From Euglena gracilis (taxonomy: Eukaryota), in NCBI GenBank assembly GCA_039621445.1, contig CP154954.1, positions 31,582,012 to 31,646,011 on the forward strand: 64,000 nucleotides of DNA, in the 5' to 3' direction. The translations under genes were made by a program, and so were the position numbers. The notes beneath the pieces are model-generated. The model had not been told where the DNA came from. It did no database searches and saw only the letters and a list, made by a program, of their open reading frames with translations. Every line of letters starts with the position of its first letter. Within the stretch, counting starts at the first letter, position 1. Of this stretch, positions 1 through 13,380 are shown one piece after another.

Positions 1-66
1 CCAAAGGAAATTTGACCAAAAACATGAAAAAAAAAGCCCCAAAAATCCGGCGCCTTCGGCGCCAGG

Positions 67-967
67 CAGGGATCCTCACACATCCGTGCTGGCCGAGGCC
101 AAAATATATCCGTGATTTTCCGTGATTTTCCGTGATGTTCCGTGATGTTCCGTGAATTTCCTGTTTCCGGAAAAGGTTAACAGAGACATTCCATTCTGCA
201 CCGGAGCCATATTTGGGCAGTTGTGGCAGCAGATTATATTATGGTCCTGGAGATCCTCCGGCGCCTCGGCAACAGCTGAAGCCAATTCCGAGTGCTCAAC
301 CCCCAAGTTAAGCCCTTTGCAATCCAACTGAACGCATGCTACAACGCAGATCTTCCCTTGCATACCCAACAAAATGTTTATGGTTGCATGCCCAGTCCTG
401 TCAGTCCATTCATCAATTCCTATCCACACCTGAATGTGAAATAAAAAAACGTACAGGAGGGAAAAAACAACCTTTTTGACCTTGAATTTTTTTGATTGCC
501 CCTAAATGGGTTGCCAAAACCCTGTCAGCGAACCGATATAGCGATTGACCCTTCTGGATGCAGCCTGAGCGGAAAGGTGGAAGGTCACTTTCTGAAGAAG
601 CAAAAACCCACACGTCCTCAATTTGTGTGTATTTCTGGAGAACACCTCTGTTGCTCTTGTGGTCCAATTTTGTGACCGGGAGACCAGAATGGAGGAAAGC
701 GGCCACAAAATCATCTGTGATTGTCTGAATGAGGTTTTGCTTGATTGTCTGTTTGGAAAGGCAGATAATTTGCAAAACATCCCATCAAAATGCATCTGCA
801 CAAACAAAGCACATTCAAAAAAAGACCCAAAATTTTTTGTGAACCCTCCACCTTATCTGTGAATTTCCATAAATTTCCGTGATTTCCGTGAGAATGGCCT
901 TCCGCCCATTTCCGTGATCCTCCGTGAATTTCCGTGAATTTCCTTTTCAGGACGGTGAGGATCCCTG
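67..967. mobile_element. hAT-type internally deleted transposon (TIR CAGGGATCCTCAC, 7-bp TSD)
   Basis: 13-bp perfect TIRs at 67 and 955-967. Flanks CGCCAGG at 60-66 and 968-974. TTCCGTGA repeats lie at both ends. Confidence 0.9.
250..790 (-). pseudogene. hAT transposase fragment, CGGBP1/hAT19-like, with a short intron
   Basis: Peptides DDFVAAFLHSGLPVTKLDHKSNRGVLQKYT and VWIGIDEWTDRTGHATINILL (first catalytic Asp region). A 42-nt GT..AG intron at 430-471 separates them. Confidence 0.7.
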
Positions 968-1312
968 CGCCAGGTCACTTTAGTGGTTTTTTGCCCTCCC
1001 CCCCCGGGGGGGTCCGGGCCAAATACCAGTCAGTCACTCCGAAAAAACCAGTCACCCACCCCCGGGGGTGGGGGGGGGGGGGGTCAGCCAGTGCTTAAGC
1101 AATTGACTGACCCGAGGGGGACTCTCCTACCATAGCATTTTTAAGGATTTTCAGGCCAGCAACCATTCCCACTGGAAAAGGGAAGGCGCATCCTGCACCC
1201 CACCTGACCTCACTGGCAGCCCTGCCGTATTGGAAGGACGGTTTTCTAAATGTCGTTTGGTTCTTCCCTGGGGAAGGATCCCCAATCATCATGTCATTGG
1301 TCCAGTGCTCTG

Positions 1313-1808
1313 CAGGCTTTTGCTTAACGACCCGGGGGGAGGGGGGGGGGGGGGGTACTGGCTAGCCAATCGGCTAGACACTGGAAAAAAAATGGACTAG
1401 CTAGACCCCCCTCCCCCCGGGGGGGTCCGGTCCGGTCCGGGGGTCCCCCCAATTGGAAAAAAAATTTCCTCCAGCGCTGTGCGCCGAGGTGGAAATGAGG
1501 TTTTTAATATGTTTTTGGCTGATCTTGTTCCAAAAATTCCCAAAAATGGCCAAAAACGGGCAATTTTGGCCATTTTGGGGGGTCCGAAAAAAAATTTCCG
1601 GCGCTTTGCGCCGGTCACTGGAAAAAAAAATTCCACTAGCTAGCCCTGCTAGCAGACCCCCCCCCCGGGTCTGCTAGAAATCCCACTAGCCAAATTTAGA
1701 CTAGCTGCAGTCCAGCCCCCCCCGGGGGGGGGGGGGGGGGGGCTAGCTGCAGCCCCGCCCCCCCCTGGGGGGGGGGGGGGGTACTGCAATCCCTTAAGCA
1801 AAAGCCTG
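1313..1808. mobile_element. MITE with TIR CAGGCTTTTGCTTAA
   Basis: 15-bp TIRs, CTAGC repeats, poly-G/C tracts and a central hairpin at 1598-1614. No clean TSD (CTCTG vs GTCTG). Confidence 0.8.
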
Positions 1809-2790
1809 GTCTGGCCATTTGCTCACCAACAACAATAAGAGCCTTGCACAAAACCTTGCTGGCCACCTTTTTCACCTTTGGCACGTGACCGTTCAGCCAT
1901 CATCCGTCCATCCCTCCAACGTTTTGTAAGTTTGCTGTGTCTATGCGGTGCACCCAGCTGAATCTGCAAGCAAATCTGCAGCCATCACTTTGGCCAGGGA
2001 CAGCAAAGTCAAAGGGAAAATAATGTGAATGGAATCTGTGCGATGCCTTCACCAAACTTTTAGCAAAAAAAAATTGACAAACAAAAAAACCTGCCCGCTT
2101 TGATTGACATACACACACAAGTAGAGCGGGCACACTGACCTTCACAAGCACATCTGTTACCATGCACAAGCCCTGTACACACCGGCATCGTACCCTCTGA
2201 CTTGGCAAGGATAAAATCGGCGGCCCAATGCAAGAACGTTGTGAATCCCATCGCCAGTGGGAACCACTCCTTTGTGCACCGGTTGGTTGCCACCACAGCC
2301 CCAAAGGATGGAGAAGATGCATTGCAGTTCAGCCTGAGAGAGTTTGAGTGAATGTGAATGCCCTCAAGTGACATAGCCTGAGATTCCACTCCAGAGGGAA
2401 GGTTTGCCCAAGAGAAAATCCAGTGTCAAGCCCTGGACGTGCAGCCTCAGCCAGTTCTTAAAAACCGCAAACAGAATTTTACAAGTACAAAGGTTTTGCA
2501 AAAAATTTAAGGTCATTGGTGCTGATCAACTTTCAAAGTTCTTTTTAGCATTGACTGCACATCAGCAAAAACAACTCAACAAACAACTCTCTTTCGAATT
2601 TTGCAAAAGATTCCAAGAGAATATCAAGACTGGTTTTATTCTAAAGCCTTTTCCAGAATAGTTTTGTCTAATTTTCTTCAATTTGCACCACAATAGATAT
2701 CAACGCTAGAAACTTCAGTCAGAAGGTCACCAGCAAATCGACTCCATCGCGAGTCCCTTGACCGATTTCCCAAGCACTTTTGGCCACTTT

Positions 2791-5700
2791 CTTAGACAGC
2801 TGGGAATGCACTTTTCTTGTTGAGTCACAAAATTCTGGCAGTTTTAGTGAAAATGCGCATCCGCGCATTCTGGAAGCGGAGTGCGCAGGTGCGCATTCTG
2901 GATGATGGCTTCTTCCAGACTGGGGGCAAACACCACAAAAAATGAGCTGTTTGGATATTACACGACCACAGGGACTACCCCCTTGTTTTCTGGTTCAACT
3001 ACGTATCATGCTGTTTACAGCTGTTTCACGACGACTGTGGCACGGTGCGTGGCTGGACAGACACTCGGTGCACTCCACACGACATGCAAAACACGGGCGA
3101 CGCAGTACAACCTGGACCTGGGTGTTCCACCTTGTGTTTACCGATGAGTGCTAATGGCTTCTGGGGGCAGGGCCTGGCGATCCCGGGATGAGAATGGGAA
3201 GGAACTCCTTGCAGCCATGGAGACACAGCCCTCCCAACAGGCTTCTTTTTAAGACCCCTGGGGGGGGGGTCCCCCCCACCCACCCAGGGTGGCGCGCGAC
3301 CCCCCCCCGGGGAGGGGGGGGGGCGGGGACCCCCCCCCAAAAATCGGGCCCGTTAAAGGCAATTTTCAAAATTTTTCGGCGCTTCGCGCCGAAAAGGTAT
3401 ACCCAGCGCCTCCGGCGCGGGACCCCCCTCCCCCCCGGGGGGTTCGACACGGACCCACCCACCCACCCCCCTCCCCCCTGGAGGGGGGGGGGGGGTCAGG
3501 TGACTTAAAAAGAAGCCTGCCTCCCAAGGTCAAAAGAATAGGGTGCCACTGAGTGTCAAGGCCGAAGAATGCGCACCTGCACATTTTTCGGAACCCAAAA
3601 GAATGCACAGGTGCGCATTTTTTTGGAATGGACACAGGCTGTGGGAAGGGGGAATGCGCACACGCGCATTTTTTTGATGTTGAGGGCACACTGGGTATGG
3701 CCTGTTGTTTGCCTGTCTTGAATCCGAGCTGTGCATCACTATGATGTGGTTTCAGGCTTTTAGAACATGGTTGTGTGAAGGGGGGAGATGAACCAAAAGA
3801 ATCACCCTTGGCACCAATGTCGCTGTACCAGACCACACCCTGAAACACGACACCTGCAGCGGCGTGGAAAACCCTGGGCTCGGCGACGGCAGGTCTCAAG
3901 GCACGAATTCATGTCCTTCAGTGACAGGGGAACTGCCCCCTTGCAGCGCAAGTCACCAAACAAAACAGAATGCGCACCTGCGCATTCGACTTCACCCGCT
4001 GCATCCAGTGCCCAGTCCAGCCTATGCTGCTCTCATGAACCGGTGGAGCACGCCACAGTGCACGTGCAACCGTCCCCCACCCGGCGGAGGTGATGGTCCG
4101 GTTGCTGCCAGCGCTGTCCGACCCACGCCCCAGAGCGTGCATGGCAGCACACAGCCAATAGGCGCCCTGAACAACCTTATGCTGGGCTGTAGTGCACGGT
4201 GCAAGGAGCACTGTGCCGCACAATCAGGGTGAACGCAGGGGATTGTGTCTGGTTCCACACACACACACGCGCGGTGGTCACTTGGTTGGCACCTCCAGAG
4301 CGAAACACGCCTGTTGCCACCTTTGGCATCTTTCCCAAAAACGGTCTGTAAACACAGAATTAATTCACAATCCAAATGTATTCAAAGAAGCAAACACCAT
4401 TGGTCAGTCCTTGTCCCAATATTTATACAGGCCCTTGAAACCGTGAATCAGGTGCAAGCACATCACAAAAAAAAAACTTGCTTGTTTGCTGGAAACTTGT
4501 TTTCCAATAAACCCAGGATTTTTTCCGTTCTGCTTTTTTGTGTATTCCACTGTGACGCTCCATTGGAAAACATATGAGAAAGGAACTTCAGTGCCCGAGG
4601 AAATTCCTCAGTGACGGGCACCCTGATTCCCAACTGCGGTCAGCAGACTTCATACCATGAGTAAAAAGACGGTGAATGCGCACATGCGCAAAAAAAGCGT
4701 CCTGCACCTTTCTTTATACATTTCCACAATTTTATACAACACACACCGCCGAATATTTGCACACCCTACACCTTTCTTTAAATTAGGGCCACGCCACCAA
4801 ACATTTGCACTCCCAGGTGGGCATGCCACCACCCACGCCAACTCCCCCCACCTGGCCTGGGTTTGGGGCCGCGCAGCTGAAGTATAGACATCCCTGTGAG
4901 GATCGAATGGTGTCCGAGGACGAGGCAGCCCTGGAGCAAAACACGGCAGAGGAGGACCACCACCTGTGACCTTGTTGGCAACAAACGTCACCCACCACAT
5001 AGAACGCTTATTGTATCATGTACTCAGAGTCGACGCTCCAGCACTGCAAACTACACAACCCCTGGCCGCTGTGAAGACCAAGGAAAGCACATATGCGTAC
5101 ACCTTCACCACACACCTCATCACCGATGGCTGCAGTCAAACATGGCACATCAGGGTGAATGCGCACATGCGCATTCCCTTCTTGTGTCTCCCCTTGAAGC
5201 ACCCTGGTAGGAGGTTGCAACAAAGGGCGATGCCCAACAACTCAGCACACAAGGTGGAGGCACAGCCTGGGAGACATACACCCTACTCTGGCATCATCCA
5301 CCTGTGCAATGAGATAGATGCATGTGAAATAGCTAACAAAAAGGCCAGCAGTGCACCATGGGGGTTGCCCTGCCGCAATGCTGTGCTGACACTGGGTTTA
5401 GGAGTGCCAGACATAACTCCCCACAACACAGAGAATGCGCACCTGCGCACTCCCCCTCACGGAATGCGCAGGCGCGCACTCTTGTGGATGCCCAGCGCTG
5501 CTCCCCTCCTGTCCTCCTGCAGATAAAATAACAGCCAGCCAGCGAAGGAATGGCCTCAAGAGTGCGCACGTGCGCATTCTTGTGCCTCATGCAACCTCGG
5601 AGAGGAGCCATTTTATATCGTTTGTGAGGGCTGTTCTGGAGGGTGTAGTCTGTGGCAGAAAGGGTTGAAGTGGGGCTCCGCTCCGAAGCTTTCAAAACCA

Positions 5701-6544
5701 GTGACACACAGGAAAGGCGTGCAAGCCAGCCCCCTCTTCCATACCCAGCACCCCATCCCAAACGGCAGACCTGAACACAGGTGGTCGCACATGGTGATGT
5801 GCCGTGGTGCCTATGAGAAGGCACATGCAGAGCGGACGGCGTGCGCAACTGGAGGGATGCTGTGCCTGCATGTGTCGCGGAGGGGTGCAGTGCACCGTGT
5901 GGAATGGCAAACAGCAGGCAGCCTGAGGAGGGTAACGAGCCCTCCCTTTCCGACATGTGGTGTGGATTTATTTAAACACCCCCCACCACTCTCTGAATGC
6001 AGACGACACGCACACACCAAACATTCGCTAGCGCCCCCTCGTGTCCAGCTTCCAACACAGGGCACAGAACCTCCCCTCCACTCTAACCGTAGAGACCACA
6101 GTGCCCACTTCCCACAACCACCCCCGGGAGCCACAATAACCGTCCAAAACTTCAGGAAAAGGCCGGGACGGAGAGGGGGGTGAATGTGCACCTGCGCATT
6201 CACTGGCACCACAAGACAGGGGGGACAGCGACAGGTACAATAGCTTCACCTGACGAGGGTTCGTCCCCGTGAAACAACGTTTTGCGTCGCACCTACTTTG
6301 GCAGACGGGGTTTTTCCCCCGGTCAGTGGACGTGTCACACCGTCATTTTCAAAACGAAAAAAAAGTGGGTTTACCCAAGAAAAAAACACGGGGTCGAAGG
6401 TGGTGTTGCACATTTTGGCACCAGGGGTTTCAGCTGACGGGTGCGCCGCCCCGTTAAGTGATGGCAACACGGTTGGTGAAAAAAGAATGCGCAGGTGCGC
6501 AAAAAAAACACCAAAAATGAAAAATGCATTCCCGGCCGCCTAAG
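2791..6544. mobile_element. 3.75-kb TIR element with CTTAGG-type ends and 5-bp TSD, superfamily unassigned
   Basis: Left end CTTAGACAGCTGGGAATGCA vs right-end reverse complement CTTAGGCGGCCGGGAATGCA. TSD ACTTT at 2786-2790 and 6545-6549. GAATGCGCAnnTGCGCATTC palindromes are dispersed inside. Confidence 0.85.
3238..3519. mobile_element. hAT MITE (TIR CAGGCTTCTTTTTAAG), nested in 2791-6544
   Basis: 16-bp TIRs; perfect 8-bp TSD CCTCCCAA; second copy at 29964-30222. Confidence 0.95.
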
Positions 6545-8311
6545 ACTTTTGGGTTCTGGGGGTGGCTGCTCAGGCAGCCCCCCCCCCCCCCGGGGGGAGG
6601 GTTGTAAATTCATTTAGCTCCCGGATCAAAAGACCTCTGCCAAACACAAGCCATTGAGGACCTTGACAAAAATACCATGCCAGCTGCGCCTGACGTCAAG
6701 ATGGAAACTTTTCTCCGCCTGACCAAACTCATTGTTCCATGCAAAGCCCTCACCGCACACAAGACAAACGGTGGTGTGCTCGCATGGCGTACAGACACAC
6801 CACAGGGTGGACAGCCCGTACTCCTCGCCAATGGGCAGCCAGCACTCTGGGGCGCGGCGCTGGTGGGGCGCGAGGCCCCTGCGGTGATGGGTGTGGAGAT
6901 GGGGGGAGCATTGGAGGCAGAGGAGGCAGGTGGGAGACAATGGTCGGCTGTTAGGCCGAACTGAGGCTGCCTTCCTGAGTTGAGGTCACTGGTTAAATCC
7001 TGGCGCCAAACCTCCAGAGAAAATGAAACCCCGGGCAAATTTGGGTCTTAGCTTAGTAGGGAAGCCGAACCCTCCCATGTTGATTTACCAGGTCCGGGAA
7101 GTAAGGAAAGGTTGACTTTAAGACAGGCCTTTCAACTCAGGTGGTTGCAAGGTGGTGCTCAAATTAGGGGGGTTACCCCTTGATTTTGGATCTTTGAAGG
7201 AGGGGAGAGGGGAGGGGGGAGGGGGGATGTCGACAAATGGCAGCATTCTATAACTCATCGCATTTCTGAAGCAAATTTTTTTGTTTTTGCATTTTCCACC
7301 CCTCTGGAACTTTTCATGAACGTTTTATCATTTCTTGATCAGCATTTTTCTTTTAAATCTTTACAAAATCAAATCAACACTTTCAACCTACAAATTCGAG
7401 TATTGAATGTTTCCGAAAAAAATGGACCCATACATTACTTATGGTATTTCAACAGGTCCCCCAGGCCCTTTTGATTCTTAGAACTTTTTTGTGCAATTTA
7501 TGATTTTTTAGATGTTTGTTCGGCAGGGTTCTATTAACACCCCCCAGCAGGGGGCTCTTTCTTCGCTTGCTTCCCCTGCAAATGTACAAAGCTGCTGTGG
7601 CTTTGCTGAACAAACTGCTGTGGTTTTTTTGCCTCCCAATCGGGTGCCCAGTTGGTGTTATTGCAAGGAACATGGAGAAAAATATGGCCTAAATTTGCGC
7701 TGAAAGTTAAGTCTAATTTTAAGCCAAAATTTCGTCCAGCTGAGGTCTATACCCTAAATCCGGCACCAAATTCCGAGGGCAAAACTTAAGCAATCTATCA
7801 CCATCATGCATACCAACCATTGTGCGGAGGGGCTCCGAGGAGGTGAAATCCCTGTCCTGAAGTGTTTTGCCTAGTCGGGCTGGGTCGATTTACAAGAAAC
7901 CGCAAGGAAACCCCTTCGCCACAATGCCGAGGGAGGGTGAATACCAAGTCAGGAGGGGTGAATACATGCGCATCATCAAATGTAAGAATGTGCTGCATTT
8001 TTGCTAACAGCCATCTGCCTGCAGCATGCCAAGAAAGGCGACAACACCTACGGGGGGCCACACACCAGCCGTCGCGGCGGGCCACGGCCGCCGGCAGCTC
8101 ATCCAGGGGGAACAAGCGCAGGGCGGTGAGGATCGGCCAGTGGGCACTGGCGGCGGCGGTTGAAGGGGGCAAGGAATGCGTTGCGGGGTGGTGCTTCGGG
8201 TTTGGGGGGCCGTCCCGGAACAAAGTTTGGCGGGATGGGCCAGCAGGTCAATGGGGGTGGGGGTGAATGAGCGGAGGGCTGGCGTGTCCTCCCCCGCATC
8301 TGTGCGACGAG

Positions 8312-9295
8312 CAGGCAAGGACAGTCATCCCCGGTTTTTGGTCTCCGGTGGGGTCCGGTGGGATCCGGTGGGATCCGGTGGGATCCGGTGGGGTTCCGGT
8401 GGGTTGCCTTGGGGGGGGGACCGGGAAAAAACACAAGCTCAGGCTCTTGGCCTCCTTTTTTTTGTCCCATATGAGTCACCTTTTGGCACTGTTTAATGGG
8501 CCCAGCCAGGTGCTCGGGACCTTTTGCCCCGTGGATCCATATGGGATCACCACATGATGTGATGTACTCGTTGCTCACCCTGGGGTCGTCGGTTTCATCC
8601 ACCCCAATGGCTACCAAATATTTGACATCGCGAATCATGTCCTGCAACTTTCTTTGACCTTTGCCACCAGATCTTACCAAAACTGCACCAATGGTCACCG
8701 AATCTGTGCAAGTGGCCACAAAATGGCCAAAAGTGGTCAAAAGGGGGCAAAAAGTGGATAAAAGCAATCAGAAGTGGCCTAAAATGGCCACAAATGTGGA
8801 AAAAATCCAGAAGCATAAAATAGCCAGAAGCAGCCAAAAATTGATGTAAATGAAGCAAAGAAAAAAAATGCATTCAAACAAAAGATTTAGACCAAAAGCA
8901 ACAGACATTTTTGACCAAAAGTGGTCTAAAATGTCAAATACAGCCCAAAGTGGCCAAAAGTGGCCAGAAGTGGTCCAAACAGGCCACAAAAAAATGGCCA
9001 AAAGGGCCAAAAGCTGCTGATTTGCAGGAAACCAGACAAAAAAGAATGTAAGTTACAGTTACAGATGGGGCACTGGTGGAAATTTGTGAAAATTGCACAT
9101 TCGGAAATGATTCTCCTCACGCGGGCCATGAATCCAAGAAGAAAAATCCGTGCATGGAAAAAAAATCTCCGGTGGGATCCGGTGGGATCCGGTGGGAAAC
9201 CACTAGTCAAATGGTCAAAAAAACCCCGGTGGGATCCGGTGGGATCCGGTGGGATCCGGTGGGATCCGGTGGGATCCGGTGGCTGTCCTTGCCTG
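8312..9295. mobile_element. hAT deletion derivative (TIR CAGGCAAGGACAG)
   Basis: 13-bp TIRs; perfect 8-bp TSD GCGACGAG; GGATCCGGTG 10-mer arrays at both ends. Confidence 0.95.
8480..8641 (-). pseudogene. Exon of a hAT-like transposase
   Basis: 162-nt exon between an AG acceptor and a GT donor. It encodes DMIRDVKYLVAIGVDETDDPR..., which resembles the hAT DETTD-type motif. Confidence 0.6.
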
Positions 9296-9476
9296 GCGAC
9301 GAGTGCCCCCCCAAAAAATAAAAAAAAGAACACCTCGGGGGTTCTTGAAGTTTTGGGTCTGCTTGGTCAAATTCTGCCGTTTTTCTCTTGTTTTCGCATT
9401 TGGGCAGCCGAAATCATTCAGGGGGAACTACTCCAGGACGCGCATCCACTCCAGTACAGCCCAATGTTGAGCCAAA

Positions 9477-12207
9477 CTTAGGCGCACTTAAGGGTTTTTT
9501 CTTTGAAATGGGCGCATTTGCGCAAATTTACAATTTTTGCGAAATTTCTGGGACCCTGTACCCTGACACCAGAAGACAACTTATGAACTATTACACCCCT
9601 CTATTAGAGGGGATTAACTCCAGGTAATTTGGTGCACATACTGCTTACCGGGTGACGCGAATAGGGCCAAGGGTGGGATTGGTGCTCTCGTACATCAACA
9701 GGAGGGAAACACACACCCGCTGTTACGACACTTGGAACTGGTTCTGAATCATTGGCTGAAGTGGCCTGGATACTGCAGCCGCCCATAAGAACACATGGAG
9801 CGGTATTACATCACACACCACAGAATACGTCAGCGAGACATCACACAACTGATGTGTGGTTGTGGGCACAAATGCGCGCACAAACAGATGATTATGAGCG
9901 CATTTGCTCCCACAAACACACAAAACTTTGAAGTTAAAATACATATTTGTGGGCACAAACGCGCCCACAAACAGATTTGTTTGTGCGCGCAAATGCGCGC
10001 ACCAACATCTTGGGGAAACTGGTATAGGGATGGTTTGTGCAATGGGAGACAACGAACAACATGTCTGTGTTAAGTCACACTGATGATTACAATCGACCTA
10101 CGAGGTTTTTGAACATGATAGGCGTGTTGGTGCGCGCATTTGCGCAAATAAACACAATTATGTTTGTGCGCGCATTTGCGCAAATGCGCACACAAACATT
10201 TAAACAATCGCTTCAAATGGTGTGTTTGAGCGAGCCTTAGCGCACACAAACAAAGTTTGTTTGTGTGCACAAATGCGCAAATCAACATACATCAGTTGTG
10301 CGACACCATCTCCTCGTCCGTGACAGCTGGCAAATGCAATTCCACATGCCAACCATTGGTTTGCACCACGAGGATTGCATGGTGATGAAATTTGTGGTGA
10401 GAGGTAGTGTGTAATGTTCACTTGAACGTGGCATCTGACTGGCCAAAATTTGCCTGCCGTACGTGTGTACATTTGAACTGCTGTTCTCCGGCCCGAACAG
10501 CCGGTTGTTTTGGCCTCATCTGTTTGGCAGTTAAGTGTAATGAATTGATGACGTGCAAACGACCTGTGACTGTTTGACACCTTTTCTGCAACAGCGCTGC
10601 ATTACAAGAAGTCGAAATTTGGCACCTGAAATGCCCGGGGATGTGTCGGGCCGGAGTCCGTTTTCTGGCTATTCTCCACCATTTTTCCCTTGAAAAACGT
10701 AAAACACAGCAGTTTTTGTGCATAATTTGTGGGGGGTGAGTCCCACAGCTTTGATGAAACCAATCGAATGGCAAAGGTTCAACAATTCCTTGCAACCAAA
10801 GTAACGGGTGTTTGAGGGCTATCTCTCTCTGGCTGTTGGTTGCCATGCACTGGCACCACGTCGTCCCCCCCAGTCTCACGGCCCGATTGCGGGTTATAAC
10901 GTTGCCGCTGCGCTGGGTGTTGTTGCACCGGGGAGGTCGATGCCAGCCTGGTGGGTGCTGAAGCATCAGCAGCTGATGTGGCTGCAGCAGCTAAGCCCAA
11001 GCCGCGGGCCAATGGCAGGGCCCTTGGGACCCTAAAATTGGCGCCGGCGAACGTGCACTGTTATCAGGTAGGTGCGCACCCACCTTCAGGAGATCCTCTG
11101 TTTCCATTTTTTAGGGGACCTGCCAATGAACCAGAAACAGCACCCCAATACCATGTGCCGGAGGAGACGGTGTAGTCATTTGGGTTGAACCCGTTCAGAA
11201 GCCACTAAAGGTAGCTGCCGGAGGTCCAAATGAAGCCGCTTTTTACTCCTCCATTGGTGGTTCATTTGCGCATTTGCGCTCATCACGTTGTTTGTAGGCG
11301 CAAATGCACAAAACAACCAGATGTAAATTGCGCGATTTCTTTCATGTTGTTCGTTTGCGCATTTGCGCCCAGAAACAACATGCGCGCAAATGCGCAAATG
11401 AACCACATCTGCTGCTGGCGTTTAACGGTGGTGTTTCCGTCACACCCTTCTTTGTGTTTATGTGCGCATTTGCGCCCACCAACACAAGCTGTGTTGATGG
11501 GCGCAAATGCGCGCATAAACACAATTTTTGTTTGTGCGCGCATTTTCGCAAATAAACACAATTTTGTCCTTCAAGGGTTGGGCTTCCTTCCGCTGGGTTC
11601 TTTGCCACAAAACTGGTTTGCGGATCCCGGGCATAACTTGGGTGGAAGACACCCGTCCCCTTCATTCCCTGTGGACCCTATTTCTTCCCCTCTGCGCTTC
11701 CCCCGCACTTACCTTCCTTGCCCTGCGTCCTTCCTCCTGGCTTGGTCACACCACACCCACACACCCTGGCACCTCCTCCCCAAACTTTAACAAACAACTA
11801 AAACAACACCACGACAAGGCACTGCAAGCAACACAGTCCGGCAAACACCCAGGAGGCACTCCGCCGGCAGCTCAGGTTCACCCGGGGAAGCAGCCGAAAA
11901 GAACAACAAGGGCAGTAAAGGTCCCGTTCCTGTACCGCTTTTTTACGTTTTTTTCACTCCCGGGGAGGAAGGTTCCGGGGGTTTCGATGTGCGAAGTCCG
12001 TTTCCGGCCCCCCAAAAAAACACCATTTTTTGCCAAAATCCCAGGGGTCACACCGCCAAAAACAGATTTTTGCTCATTTTTAGCACTCTCTTGTCACCGT
12101 GTTTTCAAACCACCCGGAGATACACAGCCGAAGTCAAAAATTTTGCAAATTTGCGCAAATGCGCAAATCAACATATAAAAAATTAAGTGCGAATTCGGCC
12201 GCCTAAG
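9477..12207. mobile_element. 2.7-kb element with CTTAGGCG ends and 5-bp TSD
   Basis: Ends CTTAGGCG..CGCCTAAG; TSD CCAAA at 9472-9476 and 12208-12212; clustered GCGCATTTGCGCAAAT motifs. Confidence 0.8.
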
Positions 12208-12449
12208 CCAAATTAGCTTAATATTGAACCAAATCGGTCCAGAATAGAACAAACTGACAAAAAATAATCAAATTGGCCAAAACTGGCCAAACTGGGCAAA
12301 ATGGGCAAAAAAAAATTAGAGAGAGCATCGCCCAGCATTGCCCCCAGGATCATTTGACGTGATTGGCTGTTCGGGCTGCACCTCATGATGGGACAGGGGG
12401 TACTGATGGGAAGAAACTGGGGGGGGGGGGGGCGGGGGCTCGGTCCCCC

Positions 12450-12900
12450 CAGCATTATTTCTTTAAAGGCGCCTGCAGAAACCTGCAAAAACTTAAAAAA
12501 AAAAAGCCTGAAAAGGTTTTTGGCCAAAATGCCTTAAAAACCTCAAATAACCTCAAAAAATGCACCCTGGAAAATTTCCGAATTTCAAGCAAAAAAAATA
12601 ATAATAATAATAAATCGCAAAATCTCGGTAAAAACAGGCGAATTCCAGGGGGAAAAAATGATTTCTGGCATCGCAGGAACATTTATCTATCCACCCAAAA
12701 CTCAAAAAAATGGTTTGATTTTCAACCTGGACCGATGTTGGTACGATGCCCAGATGGCTCTTTGACCGCCAATGGGAAATGAACGCCTTAAAAATTCTTT
12801 TAAACCTCAAACCGTCTTAAAAAAAAAACGTTAAAAAAAACACCTTAAAAAAACCTTAAAAACCATTTCAGAATTTTTGCCGTATAAAAATAAATGCCTG
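12450..12900. mobile_element. Degenerate hAT-type MITE
   Basis: Ends CAGCATTATTT..AAATAAATGCCTG; flanks GGTCCCCC and GGCCCCCC; CCTTAAAA repeats. Confidence 0.6.
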
Positions 12901-13380
12901 GGCCCCCCTCTCTGGATAGATGTGGGGCTCAGAGAGAATAGTCGGATAGCCGTTTTCCGAAGATGTAGATTCCATTTATTGTTGGAACAACCCTGAGTTT
13001 GCTTGGGTGACAATCGCAAAAAAAATTACTCAAAACAAAAAGCCTTTGGAAGACAAACAAGCGAAGACCAAAGGAAGAGGTGGTGGGTTGTTGACTCCGA
13101 GGGGGAAGACTGATCGAAACAAAAAAAATTGGAGAAGCAACACCAAAAGAGGTCACCGTGGGGATCAAATCTGCTCCAATCCGGATGAGAAGGCGACATG
13201 GGGCATGGGGCATGGGGAGACACGCGCAGTGGCCACAGCGGGTACTCCATCGCCCCAGACAGGCAGGCGCTCCGCCGCGTGAAATTCCCCGCCTGGCAGA
13301 GGAGCCAGTGGGACATGGGAGGGGGGGGGGGCAGTTGCACACCCGTCCAGTCCAGGGATTTTTTTAAAAGAAATCCCACT

